NCBI GenBank assembly: GCA_965242925.1
Contig: CBDEUM010000013.1
Span: 32,001 to 96,000, forward strand
Reading direction: 5' to 3'
Source: Roseibacillus sp.
GTDB taxonomy: Bacteria; Verrucomicrobiota; Verrucomicrobiia; Verrucomicrobiales; Akkermansiaceae
Length of the DNA stretch: 64,000 nucleotides
Shown: in pieces, positions 19,786 to 29,301 of the stretch
Numbering within the stretch: position 1 is the first letter of the stretch
How the letters are laid out: the number at the start of each line of letters is the position of its first letter
Notes under the pieces: generated by a model
What the model was told of the DNA's origin: nothing
Seen by the model: the letters and a program-made list of their open reading frames with translations, nothing else
Database searches by the model: none
Made by a program: the position numbers and the translations under genes

Positions 19786-22700
19786 ATGAAATTCATCCTC
19801 TTCCTTGCTCTCCTTGCCTTCTGCCTGCAGCCTCTCGCAGCTCAAAAACGCAAAAAACAAGCTTCCAGGGGAGGGCCGGAGAAGTCCCCTGAGCTGGCCC
19901 GGCACTACATCAATCTCAAGACCTCACCCCGCGCTCCACAGGCAGAACCGGTCACCACCTCCCTGCCCCTGGAACTTCAACCGAAGGACCAGATCGCCTT
20001 CATCGGCAGCGGCCTCCTCGATAATGCCCGTCACTACGGTTATTTCGAAACGCTCCTTCACCAACGCTTTCCCGATCACCAGCTCGGCATCCGGAACTTT
20101 TCCTGGCCTGCTGACGAGGTCGACCTCCAGCCTCGCCCTGCCAATTTCGGCGACCTTGACCAGCATCTCACCTACTACCATACCGATGTAATCATTGCAG
20201 CCTTCGGCTACAACGAATCCTTTGCGGGTCAGGCCGGCCTTCCCGCTTTCCGTGCGCGCTTCGACGCTTTCCTCTCCCAGCTCAAATCTCGGTCCTACAA
20301 CGGCAAGAGCGCTCCGCGGATCGTGGTAATCTCTCCCGTTGCCAACGAGAACATCGAGGGTGTTCCAGCTGCCGATCGCAACAATGAAAACCTGAAGCTC
20401 TATGGCCAGGCCATCGAGAAGGGCGCCACCAGCCACAAGGTTGCCTTTGCCAATGTCTACGCCGCCACCGCCACCGCCATGGCGGAGAAAGGACACGATC
20501 TCACCGACAACGGCACGCAACTGAACGGAGCGGGACAGCAGGTCTTCGCCAGCACGCTCTATCGCCAGCTCTTCGGTGAGACCGCCCCGCCCGTAAACGA
20601 AAAAGCACGCGCCCTTGTGGTGGACAAGTCCTTCCAGTTCTTCCACCGCTACCGCCCTCTCAACACCTTCTATTACACCGGAGGCCGCAACAAGAACTAC
20701 GGCTATCTCGACTTCCTCCCTGCCATGAGAAATTTCGATCTCATGGTGGTCAACCGGAACAAGGCCATCTGGGCCACCGCACAGGGGCGGGAGGGCACCG
20801 CAGACGATTCCAACCTGCCTCCACTCGAGGAAACCGCACAGGGACGTGGCGCCAACAAGTGGCTCTCACCAGAGGAGGAACTCGCGGCCTTCCAGGTCGA
20901 TGAACGCTTCGAGGTCAACTGCTTTGCATCCGAGGAGGACTTCCCCGACATGGCCTGTCCCATCCAGATGCGCTGGGATGCCCGCGGTCGACTCTGGGTC
21001 TCCTGCTCGACCACCTACCCACACCTCTATCCCGGACGCGAACCCAGCGACAAGATCATCATCCTGGAAGATACCAACTGGGACGGAAAGGCCGACAAAT
21101 CGACCGTTTTTGCAGACAACCTGGAAGTGCCTCTCTCCTTTGTCCTCGGCAAGGGAGGAGTCTACCTCTCGGAGGAACCGCACCTCATCTTCCTCGCGGA
21201 CACCGACGGAGACGACAAGGCCGATCATCGCGAGATCGTCCTGACTGGCTTCGGGTGTGAGGATTCGCACCACGCCTTGCACGATTTCGTGTGGACACCC
21301 GATGGCGATCTCCTTTTCCGCGAGTCCATTTTCCACAATTCCCAGGTTGAAACCCCCTACGGTCCGGTCCGCGCCAAGAACAGCTCGTGGTTCCGCTTTC
21401 ATCCCGGTTCGCAGCGGCTCACAGCATTCGGCGGCTATCCCAACACCAACCCGTGGGGCGTGACCTTCGACGACTGGGGGCAGCACGTGGCCAGCCATCC
21501 CGTCTTTGCCAGCGCCTTCCACGCCACCAATGCTCCCTACCCGACCCAGCACCCGAGAGCCAACGGGATTCCGGCCTACTCCGGCGTATGCGGTCACGAA
21601 TTTGTTGACTTCGCTTCGTGGCCGGACGACCTGCAGGGGGGCTTTGTAAAAGTCCGTTACAAGCCCACCAACCGGGTCGAGTTCCACAAGTGGGTTGAAC
21701 ACGACGACCACTTTCGCGAGGAGTTTCAGTTCAATCTCATCTTCTCCACCAACCTCTCCTTCATCCCGGTCGATCTCCGCTACGGGCCACGTGGCGCGAT
21801 GTATGTCTGCGACTGGTACAATCCGGTGAAAGGGCATGCTCAGTACTCGCTTCGCGATCCGCGCCGCGACCGCAAGTCCGGGCGCATCTGGCGCATCGTC
21901 CCCAAGGGTGCCCGGTTGCAGGATCCTCCCGGGATCACCGGTGCCTCAATCTCCGCTCTCCTCGACCTGCTCAAAAGTAGGGAGTACCGCTACCGCTACT
22001 GGGCCAAGCGAGAACTGCGCGACCGAAACCCCACCGAGGTGCGTAACGCCCTCGACGCCTGGGTTCCCATCCTCGATTCCAAGGACCAACGCTTCCGGCA
22101 CCATCAGCTTGAAGCCCTCTGGACCTATCGAGGGGTCGGTGCCTCCAATCCGGACCTGCTGAAAGAACTGCTCTCCTGTGGGACACATCACGCACGCGCC
22201 GCCGCCACCCGCCAGCTACGCTACGCTGACTGTGGTCTGAGCAAAAGGGACCGTGGAACGCTCCTTCTCCAGAGTGCCAACGACAAAAGCGCTCTCGTTC
22301 GTCTGGAGGCCGTCACCGCCTCCACCTACCTGGCCACCCCGGCAGCCTTCCAGGCCCTCCTCTCCACCTTGGACCATCCGCGTGAGGCGCATCTCAGCTA
22401 CGCCATCCGGACCGCCTTTGGTGCGAAGTCCATTCTCCCGTTCTGGACGGAAAAGATCCCTCCCGCCGTGGCGAAGTTCATGGCGACTTTCGACCGAAGC
22501 TCCAAAACAAAAGCGGGCACAACTCCCGGCAACGCCCGGGAGGCAGCCTTCGATTCACAGAACAACCTGGCAGAAGTGAAAATTGGCTGCATTCCCGAAC
22601 GGCTCCTCTTCACCCGGGACAGGTTCGAAGTAAAGGCAGGGCAACCCGTCAAACTGATCTTCACCAATCCCGATGCCACCCAGCACAATCTCCTCATCCT

Positions 22701-22944
22701 TAAACACAACACATCCATCGAGACGATTGGCATCGCCGCCAATGAAATGGCCAAGAGCCCGGAAGGCGTGAAGAAGCACTTCATTCCCGACGACAAGCGC
22801 ATCCTGCACGCCACCAGGCTCCTCAAACCCCACTCCTCGGAAACATTGCGCTTTCTTGCCCCCGAAAAACCGGGCATCTATCCCTTCCTCTGCACCTTCC
22901 CCGGGCACTGGGTCCTGATGAAGGGTGAAATGATCGTCAAATAA
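19786..22944 (+). CDS. Multidomain exported protein: SGNH-like domain, PVC-type dehydrogenase beta-propeller, HEAT repeats and C-terminal azurin/plastocyanin-like Cu domain
   Basis: IAFIGSGL, FGYNESF (SGNH-like); MRWDARGRLWV, DTDGDDKAD, NPWG, YGPRGAMYVCDWYN (propeller); QHNLL...CTFPGHWVLM (type 1 Cu ligands). Confidence 0.85.
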   Translation: MKFILFLALLAFCLQPLAAQKRKKQASRGGPEKSPELARHYINLKTSPRAPQAEPVTTSLPLELQPKDQIAFIGSGLLDNARHYGYFETLLHQRFPDHQLGIRNFSWPADEVDLQPRPANFGDLDQHLTYYHTDVIIAAFGYNESFAGQAGLPAFRARFDAFLSQLKSRSYNGKSAPRIVVISPVANENIEGVPAADRNNENLKLYGQAIEKGATSHKVAFANVYAATATAMAEKGHDLTDNGTQLNGAGQQVFASTLYRQLFGETAPPVNEKARALVVDKSFQFFHRYRPLNTFYYTGGRNKNYGYLDFLPAMRNFDLMVVNRNKAIWATAQGREGTADDSNLPPLEETAQGRGANKWLSPEEELAAFQVDERFEVNCFASEEDFPDMACPIQMRWDARGRLWVSCSTTYPHLYPGREPSDKIIILEDTNWDGKADKSTVFADNLEVPLSFVLGKGGVYLSEEPHLIFLADTDGDDKADHREIVLTGFGCEDSHHALHDFVWTPDGDLLFRESIFHNSQVETPYGPVRAKNSSWFRFHPGSQRLTAFGGYPNTNPWGVTFDDWGQHVASHPVFASAFHATNAPYPTQHPRANGIPAYSGVCGHEFVDFASWPDDLQGGFVKVRYKPTNRVEFHKWVEHDDHFREEFQFNLIFSTNLSFIPVDLRYGPRGAMYVCDWYNPVKGHAQYSLRDPRRDRKSGRIWRIVPKGARLQDPPGITGASISALLDLLKSREYRYRYWAKRELRDRNPTEVRNALDAWVPILDSKDQRFRHHQLEALWTYRGVGASNPDLLKELLSCGTHHARAAATRQLRYADCGLSKRDRGTLLLQSANDKSALVRLEAVTASTYLATPAAFQALLSTLDHPREAHLSYAIRTAFGAKSILPFWTEKIPPAVAKFMATFDRSSKTKAGTTPGNAREAAFDSQNNLAEVKIGCIPERLLFTRDRFEVKAGQPVKLIFTNPDATQHNLLILKHNTSIETIGIAANEMAKSPEGVKKHFIPDDKRILHATRLLKPHSSETLRFLAPEKPGIYPFLCTFPGHWVLMKGEMIVK

Positions 22945-22962
22945 ACCCGCCCCTTCATCCTC

Positions 22963-24513
22963 ATGAAAACCCTGGTTTTCCTCATCGTTGCCTGCTTCCC
23001 GTTCCTTGCTCCTGCCCTGACGGACAAACCCAACTTCGTCTTCATCCTGGCCGACGACATGGGCTATGGCGATATCTCCCACGCAGGTGGCAAAATTCCC
23101 ACGCCCAATCTGGACCGGCTGCGGGCGGAAGGAATGCGCTTCACCGACGCCCACACGACGTCCTCGGTCTGCACCCCCACCCGCTACGGCATTCTCACCG
23201 GCCGCTACAACTGGCGCTCTCCGCTCAAGAAAAGTGTCCTCTTCCCGCCCAAGCCCTCGATCATGGATCCCGAACGTCCCACTGTGGCCAGCTTTCTCAA
23301 GGAACGTGGCTATCGCACCTGTGTGGTAGGTAAATGGCACCTTGGGCTGAACTGGCACATGCTGGACCAGCCCGCCAAGGCCGCCAATGGCCCAACCAGG
23401 GGCACCTGCTGGAACATCGACTTCTCCAGGCCCCCACAGCAGGGACCGCTCAAGTTGGGCTTCACCGACGACTTTCTCTTTCCCGCTTCCCTCGACATGG
23501 CCCCCTATCTCTACCTCCGGAACGACCGGGCGGTGGGAATTCCCACCGTGAGCAAGGGCTGGAAGCGACAGGGACCTGCCACCGCTGACTTTGAAGCGAA
23601 AAACTGCCTCACCGACTTCGCTCGCGAATCACGAACCTTCATCAAGTCCGCGCTACAGGGCAAGTCCCCGTTCCTCCTCTATCTTCCCCTCACCAGCCCA
23701 CACACCCCCATCGTTCCCTCCAGTCAGTGGCAGGGGAAATCTCCCCTCGGCAAGTATGGCGACTTTGTGATGGAGACCGACTGGGTGGTGGGCGAGGTCA
23801 TGAAGGAACTGGCTGACCAACAGGTCGCCAGGAACACCATTTTCCTCTTCACCACCGACAACGGCTGTTCGCCCGCTGCTGACATCCCGAAACTTGTCTC
23901 TCATGGGCATAAGCCCAACGCCGACTGGCGGGGGCACAAGGCCGACATCTACGAAGGGGGCCACCGGGTTCCCTTCCTTGTCCGCTGGCCCGAGCGGGTG
24001 AAGCCCAACAGCTCCTGCAATCTCACAGTCTGCACCACGGACTTCTTCGCCACGGTGGCCGACATCCTCGGTGTGCGCGGACGCCAATTTCCTCAGAATG
24101 CCGCCGAGGATTCCTTCTCCTTCCTCTCCGCGCTCGATCAGCCGGACCGCAGCACTCCCCTCCGCCCCTACACCATCCACCACTCCATCAACGGATCCTT
24201 CGCTATTCGCAAGGGACCCTGGAAGCTCTGCCTCTGTCCCGGTTCCGGAGGCTGGTCCTCACCCCGGCCCAACATTGCCCTCAAAGACAAGTCGCTCCCG
24301 CCCATCCAACTCTTCAATCTCGATACCGACCCTGCTGAAAAAACAAACCTGCAGGCCGGACAGCCTGACATTGTCCGCGACCTCGTCGACGATCTTTACC
24401 ACGCCATCCGGCACGGGCGGTCCAACTCCGGCCTGGTTGCCGGAAATGAGGGATGGCCCGGCACCTTCCCATCCCCCGTACTCAAACTCTTCCCTCAGTT
24501 CGCTGGCAAGTGA
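22963..24513 (+). CDS. Arylsulfatase-family sulfatase
   Basis: PNFVFILADDMGYGD, CTPTRYGILTGRY, GKWHLG, YEGGHRVPF. Confidence 0.95.
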   Translation: MKTLVFLIVACFPFLAPALTDKPNFVFILADDMGYGDISHAGGKIPTPNLDRLRAEGMRFTDAHTTSSVCTPTRYGILTGRYNWRSPLKKSVLFPPKPSIMDPERPTVASFLKERGYRTCVVGKWHLGLNWHMLDQPAKAANGPTRGTCWNIDFSRPPQQGPLKLGFTDDFLFPASLDMAPYLYLRNDRAVGIPTVSKGWKRQGPATADFEAKNCLTDFARESRTFIKSALQGKSPFLLYLPLTSPHTPIVPSSQWQGKSPLGKYGDFVMETDWVVGEVMKELADQQVARNTIFLFTTDNGCSPAADIPKLVSHGHKPNADWRGHKADIYEGGHRVPFLVRWPERVKPNSSCNLTVCTTDFFATVADILGVRGRQFPQNAAEDSFSFLSALDQPDRSTPLRPYTIHHSINGSFAIRKGPWKLCLCPGSGGWSSPRPNIALKDKSLPPIQLFNLDTDPAEKTNLQAGQPDIVRDLVDDLYHAIRHGRSNSGLVAGNEGWPGTFPSPVLKLFPQFAGK

Positions 24514-24522
24514 TCCGACTCG

Positions 24523-25122
24523 CTAGGCAATGCGCTTTTCCACGAAGCGAAAGCGCTCGTCGTAGTCCCCCCGATTGTGCTTGAGACAGCAGGCGTAGCA
24601 GGCCGATGCCTTGTGCATCCGTCTCACCCGTTCGACCACCGCCCAGCACCCGGGACAGAAGTAGCGCCACTTGCGGCGCATTGCCCGCGCCGGAAGGGGC
24701 AGGCTGTGTCCAACCCGCTCCCCGGGAATTCCAAGGTCACAACAAGCCCGGCGCCATTCCGGCCCGTGTGGTTGGATTCGACGGTTCCCCGCCCGCTCAT
24801 AAGCCACCAGATGGGCGAGCTCATGCAGGAAAGTTCGCTCGGTTTCAATTTCGGAAATCTCCTGCAGGGCGGGATTCACCTCTACCACCGCGTCCGGCCA
24901 GGTGGCCCGGCCCGCCGTCGATCGCATTCGCGAATTCCACTGCACCGTCACCTTCTCCGCCAGGGTTGACAATCCCAACTGCCCACAGAGAACCCTCGCC
25001 CGCATCGTCATCTCCGTGTCGCCCCCGCTGCGCAGGCGCGGCTTCTTCACCTTGCGCCTCTCTCCCTCACTAAACGAAAACCGCAATTGCAGGACCGCTT
25101 GTTCCACTACCAGAGTATCCAC
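24523..25122 (-). CDS. SprT-like zinc metalloprotease
   Basis: WNSRMRSTAGRA, HELAH, HGPEW, C-terminal CPGC...CYAC. Start uncertain. Confidence 0.85.
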   Translation of the reverse strand: MDTLVVEQAVLQLRFSFSEGERRKVKKPRLRSGGDTEMTMRARVLCGQLGLSTLAEKVTVQWNSRMRSTAGRATWPDAVVEVNPALQEISEIETERTFLHELAHLVAYERAGNRRIQPHGPEWRRACCDLGIPGERVGHSLPLPARAMRRKWRYFCPGCWAVVERVRRMHKASACYACCLKHNRGDYDERFRFVEKRIA

Positions 25123-25239
25123 AAAAGAAGGCTGAAACTCAAGAACGGAGGCCCTCCGAAGGAAGTTTACCCATCAAGCAGGTAAGACAAGGGGTCCCAT
25201 TCGCCGAAGGGGGCCACGATCTCACCAGCCTTCAGACAA

Positions 25240-25266
25240 AACAAGCCGGGGAATCCCCTGCTTGTT
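25240..25266 (-). terminator. Probable intrinsic terminator
   Basis: AACAAGC-GGGG/CCCC-GCTTGTT hairpin followed by T's on the minus strand, just after the 25280 stop. Confidence 0.55.
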
Positions 25267-25279
25267 CCTCAAACGATCA

Positions 25280-25927
25280 TCAACGCCGGGAGGGCGATTT
25301 CCAGTCCGCCGCCTTAACCGGCTTGAACACCTTGGGAGGTTTCTCCCCCTCCACCGGAAGGCGCACCGAGATGGGGCCACCCTGGCAGATCGCCACCACC
25401 AGCAGGCCGGCGCGCTTCAGCGACTCCAGGTACTCTTCCGACAATGGATTCTGCCCAGTGGCCTGTTCAAGCGTGACCGGAAGGAGCCGGATCCATGAAG
25501 CATTCTTCGCGTAGAAATCGCGCCAGCTCACCAACTTCCCCTTACGTTGGCCATTCACGCGGGTTTTGAACCGGCTCGGTGTATTCAATACCGAGCCTCG
25601 CGGAACGATTGTCCAGCTCGATGCTCCTGAAACAATCGTGGAACGCTTCACGAGACTCTCCCGGCTCTTCGCCGCCTTGGTGGACGCCTCGGAATCCTCT
25701 CGCAGGTTTCGCTGCTGCAAGTCGGAGAGCCTGACGGTTTGCCCCTTCAATTTAGGGTCCCGGGGCCGCTGAAGGCTGGCAAGCTGCTCATGGGTCATTC
25801 GGGGACGAACGTTCAGTGCCTTCCCCTTGCCTTTCCCGGGTTTCCCTCCGGGCGCAATCAGTTCTACCGCGCCTGGAGAACTCACTCCGATGGCGGTGAT
25901 CCAGATGAATAATCCGATTCTGTTCAT
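25280..25927 (-). CDS. Hypothetical exported basic protein
   Basis: Signal peptide; globular C-terminus (WTIVPRGSVL, WRDFYAKNASWI, VVAICQGGPISV). Confidence 0.75.
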   Translation of the reverse strand: MNRIGLFIWITAIGVSSPGAVELIAPGGKPGKGKGKALNVRPRMTHEQLASLQRPRDPKLKGQTVRLSDLQQRNLREDSEASTKAAKSRESLVKRSTIVSGASSWTIVPRGSVLNTPSRFKTRVNGQRKGKLVSWRDFYAKNASWIRLLPVTLEQATGQNPLSEEYLESLKRAGLLVVAICQGGPISVRLPVEGEKPPKVFKPVKAADWKSPSRR

Positions 25928-25945
25928 ATTGAAAATGGGGAACGT

Positions 25946-26977
25946 CTACTCCTGATCGATCACGCCTCCATTGATTTCGATCGTCCGGTCCACGTTGATC
26001 TCTACTACATCCAGCAAATCAGTTCCGAATGGTGTCCGGTGGAGCAATTCAACAGTGTAAATGCCTTCCTCCGTGAAATAGCGGTCCATGCTCCTGACGG
26101 TCAGATCCCGGCTCTGGGGGATCGAGTCCTCCATGATCACAAAACTCGAGTTGATGGTCTTGGTTCCGTCCGGTCTCTCTTTCCGGGGACCAGGGTATAT
26201 CCGCATATAGGTGGTGCTGTCCGGATACAAGTTGACCAGGCTCACCGAAACCGGAGGCACCTGCTCGTAGTATCTGGAGGAATCCACCCCGCTGATTGTC
26301 CCAGTGGCGATAGGCCAGATCTGGACTTTCTCCGAATCGAGAATGGTTGCCGATACCCCAAAGTCCGCCTGGGCGGTGATTGTGAAGACTTCTTCTCCCT
26401 TCACCTGGGTCAGGTCGGGTCCGGTCAGGTTGGTCGCGGAGAAGGTGATCGTCGTATTTGCCGTTTCCTCCATGTAACCCTCCGTCACCACCGTCCCGAC
26501 CGGATTTTTCACCTCCTCGAAGCTGTATGCCCCATCGGGATATGCGAAGGTGTAATTGGTGTAATCCACCCACTTGGCAGCGTCTGGCGCAGTGGCATAG
26601 CTGGGATGGTTCTCGTCAAGTAACCCCGCTACCGAGATCTGCACCTGAAATGGTTGGTCCACCCGTGTCCTGGGGATCGCGAGATAAGGATCGCCGGTTA
26701 CAATGGTGATGGTCGCGTTGGGCGTATAAGCGGTCACATACTGCTCATCGAGCCGATATTCTGACACACTGCGATTGTGAATCGCCCAGAGTTCGAAGAA
26801 GGAGCCAGCCCCGCTCACCCCCGTTGGTGAAATCTTCATTCCGTTCGGAGCAACGCTCATGTCCCATTCGACACCGCTGTCCTGCTGGATCTGCCGGACA
26901 AAGTTGACATAATCGGCCGGATCCGCCGACACCACGCACGGCGCCGCTGCGGCCAGCAATAGTAATTGTTTCTTCAT
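25946..26977 (-). CDS. Hypothetical exported acidic beta-rich protein
   Basis: Signal peptide MKKQLLLLAAAAPCVVSA; T/V/Y-rich Ig-like composition. Confidence 0.8.
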   Translation of the reverse strand: MKKQLLLLAAAAPCVVSADPADYVNFVRQIQQDSGVEWDMSVAPNGMKISPTGVSGAGSFFELWAIHNRSVSEYRLDEQYVTAYTPNATITIVTGDPYLAIPRTRVDQPFQVQISVAGLLDENHPSYATAPDAAKWVDYTNYTFAYPDGAYSFEEVKNPVGTVVTEGYMEETANTTITFSATNLTGPDLTQVKGEEVFTITAQADFGVSATILDSEKVQIWPIATGTISGVDSSRYYEQVPPVSVSLVNLYPDSTTYMRIYPGPRKERPDGTKTINSSFVIMEDSIPQSRDLTVRSMDRYFTEEGIYTVELLHRTPFGTDLLDVVEINVDRTIEINGGVIDQE

Positions 26978-27035
26978 GATGAAATGTATGGATGCCGATT
27001 TCAGGAGGGTCATCAGGATTATGCCCAGGCGACTG

Positions 27036-27893
27036 CTACCGCTCTTTCCGTCCCCGTATGATTTTTCCGTTGTCGTCCACAGTCGCGGAGGACGAACTTG
27101 TTTGAGTGCTCAAATCCATGCTGGACAGGAGAGCGCCATCCCCATTGTTACGTTGAGTCTGATTGAGAGTTGTGGTGCAGACGATGTCCTGCATGTCAAA
27201 CCACCAGTCTCCCGGGTTGCTGGACCCCAGCTCAAAGGTATGAATGATATCGTGGGGTCCCAGGACCACGTGGTTATCTTCATCGAGAAACTGGGTCATG
27301 AAGCTCTCAATCCTGCCCTGTTCGTAGGCCGGGGCGTAGTCCGGCACGCTATCCCCGTCGATCATTCCGATAACAGACAAGTCCGAGCCTGCCGTCGAGT
27401 GGGTGTCGAACCAACTTCCGCTCCCGGATTGACCCCGGGCAGAGAAATCGATTTGTGTACCGGGCTGGACGTTCTTCTTCTCATAGACAATCACATCAGG
27501 ATTCACATCATTCTCCCGGCCGTAAAAAGCCAGTTCCCAGGGAGCGGAGGCTCCCACCCGAACCCATAGAGCGGCAGGAAGCAACGTGTGACCGGACTGG
27601 AGAGCGACCCCCATCACCCGGATCTTCAGGTCAATTTCCTGCGTCGGAGTAATCGTTCCATTCGGATCAACCTCGCTCAGATCCACAACAGCCACTGGAT
27701 AATCGATATTCCACACCATCCTGGGCCGGACCCCCGGTTGAACCACGGTGGGGGTCACCGAAATAGCACCAACCGGGATGTAGGGATCCTTATGGCCGGA
27801 ACCACGCGGGATGGATTCGCTGGTTTGGCCGGGAAGAGAGCTTCCCAAGGCCAACAGCCCGAGAAGGGCCAGTTGAGAGGCGTTTATTTTCAT
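27036..27893 (-). CDS. Hypothetical exported acidic beta-rich protein
   Basis: Signal peptide MKINASQLALLGLLALG; C-terminal FELG...FDMQDIV motif. Confidence 0.78.
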   Translation of the reverse strand: MKINASQLALLGLLALGSSLPGQTSESIPRGSGHKDPYIPVGAISVTPTVVQPGVRPRMVWNIDYPVAVVDLSEVDPNGTITPTQEIDLKIRVMGVALQSGHTLLPAALWVRVGASAPWELAFYGRENDVNPDVIVYEKKNVQPGTQIDFSARGQSGSGSWFDTHSTAGSDLSVIGMIDGDSVPDYAPAYEQGRIESFMTQFLDEDNHVVLGPHDIIHTFELGSSNPGDWWFDMQDIVCTTTLNQTQRNNGDGALLSSMDLSTQTSSSSATVDDNGKIIRGRKER

Positions 27894-28312
27894 GAGATCA
27901 GAGAGGGGAGGAGTTGTGCAATTCTTTCGAATTTCCAATAAAATTACAGAGCCTGACCTCTTGATCAATAGAAATATTAAAATATCTTGATATTATTGTA
28001 TTTTTGTTGAGAGGCGACGGGGCTCCATCCCTAGAAAGGTGGCAAAACCCCACCTTGGGCTCGGCTTAGCAAAATCCGGGGAAATCCGCATTACAGCCTT
28101 CAATCTCTCCAAATCCCCCTATTTCCGGGCAAAAGAGCTGGCAGATTAAATGGCCCGGGACAGCCATGATAAATAGAGTTCGCCTAGAAAAAAGCCGGCC
28201 AGGTAACCCGTCGAGGGCCGGAGTGCGGATGAGTCGGAGGGACGACCGCCGTGACAGCCAGCTGTTCATTCTTACGCCGTAACCAGTTTTTTCTGCTAAG
28301 CACTCCATATGA

Positions 28313-28351
28313 TTGACTTTATTAAAAAACTTTCTAATACTAATTATTAGT
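28313..28351 (+). promoter_or_regulatory. Putative sigma70-type promoter overlapped by an ACTAAT-N-ATTAGT palindrome
   Basis: TTGACT-17 nt-AATACT in an AT-rich patch; inverted repeat at 28339-28351. Confidence 0.45.
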
Positions 28352-28364
28352 TTTCCCTTACAAG

Positions 28365-29228
28365 ATGCGCCTCGCTGGAATCCATTGTGATGTGATTTCC
28401 GGCTCCCGCTGTGGAGCCGTGATTCTCGGAGCGGTCCTGGCCGTAACGGACCTGTCGGTCGCGGCCGCCGTGCTCACCACCACCGAGCGCACCGCGCTTG
28501 CACACGAGAAGTTTCTTGAGCACCGCCGCGCCAGTATCACCAACCGGGTGAATCCCTATCTCGGACCGGGAGTAGCACAAGTTGTCGAAGAGCTCCCCCG
28601 GCCCTGGAAGGTCAGACGCAATCCCTGGCACCACCAGATTGGGGCCACCGTCTTCTGGGTAGGGGAGCACCCCTCCGCCCGGAACCCTGTTTCAAACATC
28701 TCAAGTTCCTGGGACGCCAATTGGGAAAACCGCTTTGGCGGCTACGACCATCCCTTCAAACGACAAGGCTACTTTCCCCTCGGCTTCGAGCCGAAGCTGA
28801 ACCCCTTCTACGTCGCGCTTCCCTACAACGACCTCCTGCACGGCAGAGAGCATCGCCCCGAAGCCTCCGAGGTCATCCCCTGGTTCTGGCGGGCTTACCG
28901 CGGACCGGGGGTCTCCGTCTGCCACAATAGATGGGTAGCCATCCACCACCAGGGACGTATCGTCTACGCCCAATGGAAAGATGTCGGGCCCTTCACAACC
29001 GACGATTGGCCCTATGTGTTTCAGGGCAGGCGCCCCCGTTCAAACGCCAACCAGAATGCCGGAATCGATATCAGTCCCGCCGTCCGTGACTTCCTCGGAA
29101 TGCGTGGAAACGCGGACGTCGACTGGCGGTTTGTTGAAGAATCCGAAGTCCCCGGGGGCCCCTGGTCAAAGTGGCTTCCACCACAACTGGGACTCCCCGC
29201 CGGATCCTCGGACCAACCGCTTCCGTAA
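28365..29228 (+). CDS. Exported protein with RlpA/expansin-like double-psi beta-barrel motifs
   Basis: FYVALPY, RWVAI..VYAQWKDVGPF, GIDISPAVRDFLG, resembling the DPBB pattern 'V.V.D.GPF...IDLS..A...LG'. Confidence 0.6.
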   Translation: MRLAGIHCDVISGSRCGAVILGAVLAVTDLSVAAAVLTTTERTALAHEKFLEHRRASITNRVNPYLGPGVAQVVEELPRPWKVRRNPWHHQIGATVFWVGEHPSARNPVSNISSSWDANWENRFGGYDHPFKRQGYFPLGFEPKLNPFYVALPYNDLLHGREHRPEASEVIPWFWRAYRGPGVSVCHNRWVAIHHQGRIVYAQWKDVGPFTTDDWPYVFQGRRPRSNANQNAGIDISPAVRDFLGMRGNADVDWRFVEESEVPGGPWSKWLPPQLGLPAGSSDQPLP

Positions 29229-29301
29229 CTACCATCAGCCTCTCTCCATGAGCTCACCCACAACAACTCAGACCCTTTCCAGACGGGTCGACCACTGAAC
29301 G

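Noticed and set aside
28035..28090. c-di-GMP-I (GEMM) riboswitch suggested by GGCAAA/GCAAAA words
   Set aside because: The GAAA tetraloop/receptor arrangement and the P2 stem are not present.
28064..28301. Invertible promoter or MITE bounded by GCTTAGCA(A/G)AA inverted repeats
   Set aside because: Only a 10/11-bp match, with no target duplication and no recombinase in the window; compatible with chance.
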